From Octopus bimaculoides (lineage: Eukaryota), in assembly GCF_001194135.2 (NCBI RefSeq), contig NC_068984.1:31632589-31696588 (forward strand): 64,000 bases of DNA, read 5' to 3'. The notes under the pieces were generated by a model. That model was not told where the DNA came from and ran no database searches. It worked only from the letters and a program-made list of their open reading frames with translations. Below, piece after piece: positions 54,363 to 64,000 of the stretch (positions within the stretch are counted from its first letter, which is position 1; each line of letters starts with the position of its first letter). Position numbers and translations under genes: made by a program.

Positions 54363-54821
54363 TTAGACATTGTAATTAGCAATCTGAGACAGAAAGTTGC
54401 CAGAGATTCACTGAGAGAACGGGGAACGTTAATTTTTAAAATAGCAATAGAAGCTTACCTTGCTAGAGTCAAATAACTGGTAAATTATCTTGTGAGAATA
54501 AAGGACAGTTAAAATAGTAAAAGCAAATTATTGTACGTAACTTAGAAAAGGGAATGGCACGTGATCTGCATTGTAATCTGAATGCAACGCATTTGCCGAA
54601 TCTTCGGAACACCCTATAGAACGTTTTGTGTTACTCTTTCTGGTGCTTTGAACTCAAATCCCAAGAGGTTAATTTCGTTTTTCATTATTTTCGAAGTCAT
54701 TAAATAAAGTGCCATTCCTTTTGGTTCCCTTACTCTCTATGTCTCTATCCTCTTTCTGTCTCCATCCATTTTCTGTCTCCATCTACTGCCTGTCTTCATC
54801 TATTGTCTGTCTCTCTCCCCA

Positions 54822-54852
<31 letters not shown>

Positions 54853-56661
54853 TTATTGTACATACAATTCAAAGGTCAGGCCTTGTTACACTGATTAAGC
54901 CTGAGAATTGCATCAATGATATACGTCTCTGTGGCATATTCAGTTGCTCACACGTTAATTTCACAGGTAAATATTTGGTTGGTGAAACACCTGATTAATC
55001 TTAGTCAAGAGGGACAAATAATTTCACAATGTAATCAGTTACGTGGTCATGCTAAATACATTTGAGTCCCATCGATGCTGTTTTCCATATCAAATTACTG
55101 TGTATAATGCCCAATATCATATAAATAACAAATTTAGCAGATAATTTACAAGGAAATAAGGCAGAAAAATGCAAAATTTCTACAGCTGGCTGCGTTATTG
55201 TGCTGCAAATTATAGATATGCTTTTCAGGCTCTCTCACTGACTCAGTGGACATTTCTCTGCACTCAATAATCTTTAATGTTTACATACATATGCTACATC
55301 TGTAGAACTGTAGAAAAATAACATACATTGTTGTAAGGAGCAGCTATGAGAATAAAACCTTGCAGTGGCTGTGCTAACGTCTACCCTTAGTAGATATTGT
55401 TTAAATAGCATGATTTGGCCATCTATATCATTTTTTTGTTAAATTATAAGTGCGTAAATATGTTTGTGCGTGTTTATATTTGTCAATAACAAAGCTGTGC
55501 TATTGCTTATCCCTAGCTTAACTAGTTTACATATGGAAAAAGATGTCACTGCCTTGGTCATTCTGTCTTTTTGTATGTCAATGACAACAGTTTCAGTTAT
55601 ATTTTTAATGTTTTAAAAAGAATTATGTTCATTGAAAGAAACTTGACTACTATATTTTGCAAGGTAAACGACTTCACAGGGCTACCTTTGTAGATCATAG
55701 AAATTATAGAAATTTAATAAAATATAACATATGGGGTGCTGGTACGATTCACAGATGTGTTATCAAATATGGCCATACCTTTACGAACCATCATTGATCA
55801 GAACCATCAACAACACTCATGACTTGCTTCATTCTAATATACAAGTTCACTTCAAGAGCTTTGTGTATGTGTCCATACGTGTGTGTGTGTGTATGTGTTG
55901 AGTGGGCGTGTGTTTGTGTGTGTGCATGCATGTGTGTGTGGGATGGAAGATCCATGGTCTTGTGGTTAAGGTGTTATGGTCACGCTCATAAAATAGGATA
56001 TTCTTGGATTAAGTAGCATTGCCCTTGAGCAAGTGACTTGATTCTATGCAGCTTCAACCTGTCAAAATGAAAATAGATAACTCCCAAGTGTTGGAGCAGG
56101 ATCCTCTCCAACCAGCTGTTACATCATCGATTATACTCTGGGTCAAGTGTGAAAAAAACAAGAGGTTGATGCTGTCTGATTGAGATTTTTAAAAATAAAA
56201 GCAGAGTACATGCTGTCAGGTCATACTTGCTTACAAGCGATGCTTAATGCTTTTGTAAATGCAGTTTATATGTACATAAATATAAATATTATAAGCAACA
56301 GTTTGAGAAACACAGTCACTACACATATACACAGATACATACACATGCATGCACACGCACACATATTGCATTTTGCATGAATGTTTAGATCTATGTTTCT
56401 CCTAATAACATGAGAAGGCTGTGTTTTTGCATTTTATGGCACCTTTTCACTGTTAAACCAAATACCTTTACAGTTGAATGCCCATTCTACTTCTGGTCAT
56501 TCAACTGTGCGGAGAAACCACCGCTAATCAATCAGGCAGATTAATGTGCCTCCAATAGGTAAAGATACAAACACATATACTCTCATATACAAGCATACGT
56601 GCGTACACATGTATGTGTGTGTATGTATATGCATATATGTATGCACTAATGCTTATATATA

Positions 56662-56715
<54 letters not shown>

Positions 56716-57101
56716 CGTGTGTGCATGTATGTATATATGTGTGTATGTAGGAATGTATGTATATATGTATACATGCATATGAATGCATATTTTTTAAGCC
56801 GGAAAGCAAGGTTAAATGCATCCATATGTATATGAGAAAGAGAGAGAGAGAGAGGAAGCGAGAGAGAGTTGAGACAATAGTGACAGAGCTAAAGAAGCTA
56901 TTTCTCAATGTTTTCTGATTATTATATATAATTTGTGATCTAGACAAAATAAATAAAAGCATATTTCCACTTCTTCATACAAAAGTTTCTTTCATATTAT
57001 TTCAAAAGAACTAATAGATGAATGGCTTATGATATAATGTAGAAAAGAGGAAATATTCTTTTACTTTGCATGTGTGCATATGTTTCTGCACAAATGCTTT
57101 C

Positions 57102-57134
<33 letters not shown>

Positions 57135-57136
57135 TG

Positions 57137-57181
<45 letters not shown>

Positions 57182-57980
57182 NNNNNNNNNNNNNNNNNNN
57201 NNNNNNNNNNNNNNNNNNNNNNNNNNNNNNNNNNNNNNNNNNNNNNNNNNNNNNNNNNNNNNNNNNNNNNNNNNNNNNNNNNNNTTTCAACGATAAAAAC
57301 GATCAAGGATATAAGTTTTCTTCATTCTATTTTTAATTCAAATTAAAAATCCCTTTACGTGGAATGGATATGGGTTTTTCACTTGTTTTTCTTTGTTCCG
57401 TGTTTTCTTTTACTGTTGCAGTTAACTTTTTCATTTATTTCCAAAGCTTTTTATATTTGGCTTTTTACAGTTCTTTAAGGTTTTCTATGCCATTGCTATT
57501 GGCATTCACAAATTTATCTAACTATTATTCTATTTCTTTGATAAATAGATATAAAAGTAATCATATTTATATCGTTGTATAAGGCAAGCATACACACACA
57601 CACACACATGTATGCACACTCACACACAGACTCAGACACACGCCCGCAGATTGCTCTTCGCTCACACATACACATACTCAGACAAACTTATGGGTGTTTA
57701 TGTTGTCAATCCCAGCTTTACAACAGATACACCGTATCCTTATAGGTCCTAAAGAAGCAACTAAGATGTTTGGCATCCAGAAGGCATCTAACTGTATGTT
57801 GCTGCTCAAAATTATTGCAACCAGCCCATATCCACTTTGCGATGTTGATATCGAAAAGACGATTATTATAGCTATGAGGGTATATATATAACAATATTTA
57901 TATGTTTACACACACACACACACACACACACATACGCTCTCTCTCTCTCTCACACACACACACACCACACACACATACAT

Positions 57981-58011
<31 letters not shown>

Positions 58012-58025
58012 GACACACACACATA

Positions 58026-58244
58026 GGTGCGGGAGTGGCTGTGTTGTAAGAAGCTTGCTTTCCAACCACATGGTTCTGGGTTCAGTTCCACAGCGTAGCA
58101 CTTTGGGCAAAGTGAAGAGACTGATAGAATAAGCAAGCACCAGGCTTACAAAGAATAAGTCCATGGATCGATTTCTTCGACTCAAAGGTGGTACTCCAGC
58201 ATGGCCACAGTCAAATGACTGAAACAAGCAAAAGAGTAAAAGAG
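58026..58244 (+). mobile_element. tRNA-headed SINE (family A), internally deleted
   Basis: Head and tail match 63339-63716; the central part is missing. Confidence 0.88.
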
Positions 58245-60503
58245 TATGTGTGTGTGTGGTGTGTGTGTATGCGTGTGTGTGTAAAAGAAATAAAAGAGAG
58301 ATTGTGTGTGTGTGTGTGTGTGTGTGTGCGCGTGTGTGTGTGTGTGTGTCTGTGCGAACGTATATTCCTTATGAATTCAATAATTGAGTTGCCGATTTTG
58401 ACGTATGATGTATCAAAAGACCCAGTAATCTTTTGGCTACCAAATAAAACTTTATTTTCATTTAAATATTTGCATTACCAAATTTTAACGTTATAATCTT
58501 TCTCTAAGTCAACTATTGTAAACGACATTTTATACCAGCATGACCCTCACGACGACGTCACATTTTTCATGTGATTGTGTATATGTCTGTCAGTGTTTGT
58601 GTTTGCGAATTTGTTACGTACGTTAGGCCGATAACTGAAAAGTATATGTGTGTTACTGTATGTAACGGTGTGTGTGTCTGTTAGTATACATTCATTTTTG
58701 TGACAACTCACACATACACACAAACACACACATCTAAAGATAGAAACAGACACACAAAGAGTGAGAGATAGGCTTGAGGTGTTCATGAATGTATGTCTGT
58801 ATCTGTCTGTCTTAGTATATGTATGTGACTGTACTGCCCAACAGTGAAACGCGCCGATTTTGAAAGAGTTTAGTTTAGTTGCAGCTTGGACGTTGAACGA
58901 GCAACAGTATTCACTTTGAAGTACCACTATTTACATTTTCCTTTTCATCAAGGAGATTTGCTGCTTAAACTACATTACCGATTATCACTACTTATGTGTT
59001 GATATATTTTTCTGGTTTTTATAACCAGCATGAAGATTTGGCTGATCTGACAACACTCACAAAACACGCAAATATATCGTATGAAAAATGTTATTCTGGT
59101 TATTATAACAAATTGGGAAACTTGGTGAAGTAGAAAGCCACAGCAACATTTTCAATATAATTACAGAAATGTTATTCCAGTCCATATAGCCAGTTTGAAG
59201 ATAATGCTTTCTTAACAGTCCTAGCGTCCTTATCGTATTCCTGCTATGCTGCTTGGTCAGTGTGAGTATTCAACGCCGCGCAACATTTTTAGTACGTTAG
59301 TCAGTATTTATTCTACAGCCTATAACCTTACACAGTTAAAATATATAGTAAGTGATGTCAAATTAATTTATGTCTTGCTACATGCATCCTTCAGCAAATA
59401 TTTCTAATTGACGTTCACAACAGCAATATATTTCTTTGTTCAGAGTTCGCTTAAAAATTGTAAAATAATAAATTACGTTTGCATGAAAAATTGAATTATG
59501 CCTTCTGAATTTTCTTGGAGCTTGACTTGCTTCATCATCATATTCAATCCTGAATTTTATAACGTTTAGTACTTGTTCCAAATAAATGCTGACTTTCTGT
59601 ACTTTGTTACATTGATGACGCATAGTAATTTTTGCTTCATCGGTGACTTTCCGACGCTAGAATATATTTCGTTTGGAAATATTCCCTGTAAAAAAGAAAA
59701 AAAAACAATTATAGCATAACTATGCTAAAGAAAGTATGCCTTGCACCTATATTGATTATATTTCGTTTCGCTTTAACTTCGTGTGTGTAAGTTTTGCTGT
59801 TTTCAAATTTATCACTTCTATATGTGTCTATATGTCTGTGAGTGTGTGTGTGTTTCCGCGATCGTTACGTTTATGGTAAACTATTGCAAAGGACATTTTA
59901 CGCTATTTTAATGAGCCCACATCTAATGAAGTAGCCATCCTTATGGTAGGTGATCCCGATGAAAATCGTGATATTCTCATTCGTGCTTGAGATAACAACC
60001 TTTAACGTGTTTCAGAGACGTATCCCTCTTATGACACTCTCCAGTATCCTCTTATGCTGTGGAATGCACAATATTGTCATGTGTCTCATATATTTTAATT
60101 CTATATGATAATCTTAATATTTGTGGTCACGAATAAGCGCCATTTTGTCACGTGATACACATCGTATAAATTTCTTTGCCTCATGGGTAATACTACAGTC
60201 AACAAAGAATCTTCGTTAAGTTGAGTGATGTTGTTTTTCCTAATACTCTTGAATGTCTTAGTCTATTTAATAGTTAATTACACTATCTTTATATATGTTT
60301 TCTTTTTCCTAATCTACAGAAATTATTTCTCCATTAGACGTTTTATCCCTTTAACTTGACAGATGTTTATTGTTATCATGATTATTATTTTAAAACCTTG
60401 ACATTTATTTATTGTACTAAATTTTGATTAAACATATAGATTTTTCTACTTTTCTTATTTTATCGCATTTTTAAATATTAGGATACGTTTTTTGAAGTTA
60501 CAT

Positions 60504-60607
60504 GACCTGAAGAGTGTCCTCATTATGAATGGTATTTATCATGATCGATCCATTGTAGATTGACCAGATATTTTCCACATTTATGTGGTCATGAAACGCG
60601 CGTAGTC
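60504..60607 (+). ncRNA. Type I hammerhead ribozyme with extended stem II
   Basis: GAC-CTGAAGA(60507-60513)-GTGTCCTCAT...ATGTGGTCAT-GAAA(60593-60596)-CGCGCG-TA-GTC. Confidence 0.75.
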
Positions 60608-60815
60608 TTTCATTGACTTTCGTATTTATAAATTCACTAAACATATTCAAATTTTTAGTCTAATATTTTATAGATTTTACGGATTACAAATTTTCTCTTG
60701 GATCTTTTAGATTTTTAAACTAGTATCTTGTATAGTACGCTTTTATTCATGGAGTCTGATCTCCTTCATCGTTTGAGTTACACGATGGTGGTTCTTCTCT
60801 AAATTATTAATATAC

Positions 60816-60853
<38 letters not shown>

Positions 60854-60893
60854 TATACATATATATATATATATAGTATATACATATATATAT

Positions 60894-60931
<38 letters not shown>

Positions 60932-61025
60932 ATCTATACATATGTATGTATATACACACATATATATATATGTATATATATATATACATATATATACATA
61001 TATATACATATATATACATATATAT

Positions 61026-61146
<121 letters not shown>

Positions 61147-61319
61147 TTATCATAAAACCTGCAACTTATTCACAGAACTGTTACTCAGAGTTTCATATCC
61201 CCGTTCATCGGAGTGTTTGCTGTTTCTAAAAAGAAAAATTAAGTTTAGCCTATGGTCTAGCAGGATGCGTTCTAGTAGGATGCATTTGACTGGTTTAATA
61301 ACATTTAAGAAAAGAATAA

Positions 61320-62990
61320 ATGCAACTTTATACAGGCATTAACGATTATTACCAATCTATTAACCCTATTGTATTAGATAAGGCACTCATATTTGCTAAG
61401 AATGAAACAAACGTGTCCATGAAAAAAATAAAAATCATACTTGCAGTTAGAAAAACAGTGATCTTTCACTATGGTAAATATTGGGCAAAAAAGACACACC
61501 TGATTGTTTTCATATACCAATGGCCGCACACGACTCCGCCTAGGAGTTTATCTTCTACATAAATTTAATGAAGAATTTCCTGAAATAGAAGGAGGTCTCT
61601 ACTCTGACGATGCTCTGTTCTTAATAAGGAACATTACTAATAGAATAATGGAAAATTACAAAAGAGATTTCATATATTTTTAAGAACCACGGTCTATCAA
61701 TTTCAATTGAAAAATAAAATAACTCAGCAAACTTTCTTGACGCTAACTTTAATCTTTAACCTTAAAACGGGTGTTCATCAACCCTATTAAAAGCCTAACT
61801 CTAACATTAGGTATAAAAATGCAAATAGTAATCATCCACTTAATATTATTGAGAACATTAGTATGAATATTGAGAGACGAATTAATTATCAATCTTCAAA
61901 TGAAGACGTATTTAACAAGCATAAACATAATTATAATATGGTACTAAAGAAGGTTGGATATAATTATTAAATTAAGTACAACAAGAATTGCAATATTGTG
62001 GAAAATCAAATTGAAAATAATAAAAATAATACTGATGCACTAACAAAGACATAGTAAATCCTTACAAAGTAGGAATGAAAATCCCCCAAACAATAACAAT
62101 AATTATTATTATAAACATAATAAATATGTTAAACAAGATAATTACAATAATGAAATTAAACAAATAGATGGAGAATATAATACCAAAAATAAAAATATGA
62201 ACAAGAATAATAATAACAACATCAACAACAACAATAATAAGACAGTAAGGGAGAAATTAATACCTTGTGTGGGAAAAAACGATATTGTGACAAAAAATTA
62301 ATATATGAATAAGGTAGACTCAGATAAAACTATATGGATCATAATTCCTTTCGATAAACAATTGAAGACAAATGTTGTTAAATCTATGAAAAATATTATA
62401 AATAAAAGCTTTAAAAACAGTGGATACGGAAAAATAGTTCATGGTAAACATATAAGATTTCTATTTTCTGTTTCTCCCAACCTTTTTTAGGATAATTTCT
62501 TCGTTTAATAATGGAAAACTCGATCTATTCTATAAAAAAAAACATATAGATAGTAAAGTACATGACAGAAAGGTAGGACAAAATAGAATGAATAATACAA
62601 ATAAGAATTAAAATAACTATACAGACAGTAATTTATATAAATCTATGAAGCATGATAATATTTCATTATCAAGGCAAAATATAAACTGTAATTGTAGCGG
62701 TCCAGATAGACAGGGATTTCAGAAGAAAAAATGTCGTATATCAATGGTTACACAAGATATAACAATAATTACACAAAATCGACGCAGAATTGGATTAAAT
62801 TACGAATAGCGAATAACGAATCGACTTTTAGAGACAAAAACAAAATGAATAGTACAGGACTATCTAAGAAAATATGGCATCTGAAAAAAAAGTTAAACAC
62901 ACAATCAAAGATTTTAGGACATGCACCTAGTTACAAAATCAAAAATAATGAAAAGAAAACGGAGCCTGGTTAATATGAGAAATGAAAAAT
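61320..62990 (+). mobile_element. Decayed Penelope-like element (Neptune/Naiad-type): RT, Asn-rich linker, GIY-YIG
   Basis: DYYQSI..LDKALIFAK; FHIPMAAHDSA; GLYSDDAL; NFLDANF-NLKTGVHQPY*KPN..SNHP; IWIIIPF; KLRIANNESTFRDKNKMNSTGLSKKIWHLK..ILGHAPSY. Confidence 0.85.
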
Positions 62991-63338
62991 ATTTTTCATG
63001 TAAACATATAAGTAGGTATCTTTTTATTAAACTTAAGTGATTTATAGATGAGATTGGATGTCACTTACATATCATAACCATTAAAAAATTTTTTTTTTTT
63101 TTAATAATATAACCCTAATTTTAAACTATAGGTACATCATATTATATATATTGATAGCCAAATTGAACTAAACGATTGAAGAACTCTAACAAATAAATCT
63201 ATAATGGCTCAATAGCCAATATTAGCTAATTAAAATGTAACCAAACTAAATGACTGTACATATAATAACTTATATGGACTCATTAGATATGAAAAAATAT
63301 GTATATCCTTGTTTACGTGTGAAATACATATAGATAAT

Positions 63339-63716
63339 AGGAGTGGCTGTGTGGTAAGTAGCTTGCTTACCAACCACATGGTGTGGGGTTCAGTCCCACT
63401 GTGTGGCACCTTGGGCAAAGCCTTGGGAATGGATTTGGTAGACGGAAACTGGAAGAAGCCCGTCGTATATGTGTGTATATATATATATATATGTATGTGT
63501 GTATATATTTGTGTGTTTGTATTTGTCCCCCCAACATCACTTGGCAACCGATGCTGGTGTGTTTACGTCCCCGTAACGTAGAGGTTTGGCAAAAGAGACC
63601 GATATAATAAGTACTAGACTTACAAAGAATAAGTCCTGGGGTTGATTTGCTCGACTAAAGGCGGTGCTCCAGCATGGCCGTAGTCAAATGACTGAAACAA
63701 GTAAAAGAGTAAAAGG
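63339..63716 (+). mobile_element. tRNA-headed SINE (family A)
   Basis: aggagtggctgtgtggtaagtagcttgc..gggttcagtccc (A/B boxes) through ..cagcatggccgtagtcaaatgactgaaacaagtaaaagag tail. Confidence 0.92.
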
Positions 63717-64000
63717 GTATATGATCAGATACACTTTTGAGTGTATATATATTTTAATGTACATGTGTATGATAACTCTCTGGATATGAGAAACAAGATA
63801 TTTGTATGTATATGTATATATGTGCAGGTTACATCATGTTCAATTTAATAAAGTACCCAGAGTTATTACTGAAGAGAAGGTCCAACAATGGCCATTCCGT
63901 TTAAACAACTTTCATCTGTCTATCTATGGTAGTGTATAGACAACGAAGCTGATACAACATAAACATTGTAAAATAAGCAACCCCTGATACTAAAACATCG

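Noticed and set aside
59378-59623. 81-aa minus-strand ORF
   Set aside because: No recognisable motif and no clear splice structure; cannot be called coding without a search.
60001-60046. Minus-strand CTGGAGA...GAAACACG hammerhead-like string
   Set aside because: Core is mutated and stems II/III do not pair.

Overview
AT-rich eukaryotic draft-scaffold window with 8 N-gaps and very dense microsatellites. I found no host protein-coding exon, rRNA or CRISPR array that I can support; almost every ORF in the track is a microsatellite or gap artefact. The repeat vocabulary (SINE families, RTE tails) recalls octopus/coleoid genomes; this is from memory and unverified. The window is a transposon graveyard: at least four Penelope-like element (PLE) remnants of two types, an R4/Dong-clade LINE end abutting (TAA)n, two RTE derivatives, two mariners, a pogo remnant, a Buster/Charlie-type hAT, a solo LTR with a 4-bp TSD, and many tRNA-headed SINEs. 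The most interesting signal is non-coding: a set of hammerhead-ribozyme (HHR) motifs. These include a minimal variant whose two copies both carry U at the normally invariant A6 core position, a mirror-image pair in a fold-back, a long-stem-II HHR upstream of a PLE, and a type III-like fold. There are also four long inverted-repeat pairs and an unexplained GC-rich multi-hairpin island at ~25.5 kb. All alignments, translations and folds were done by eye; identities are estimates.
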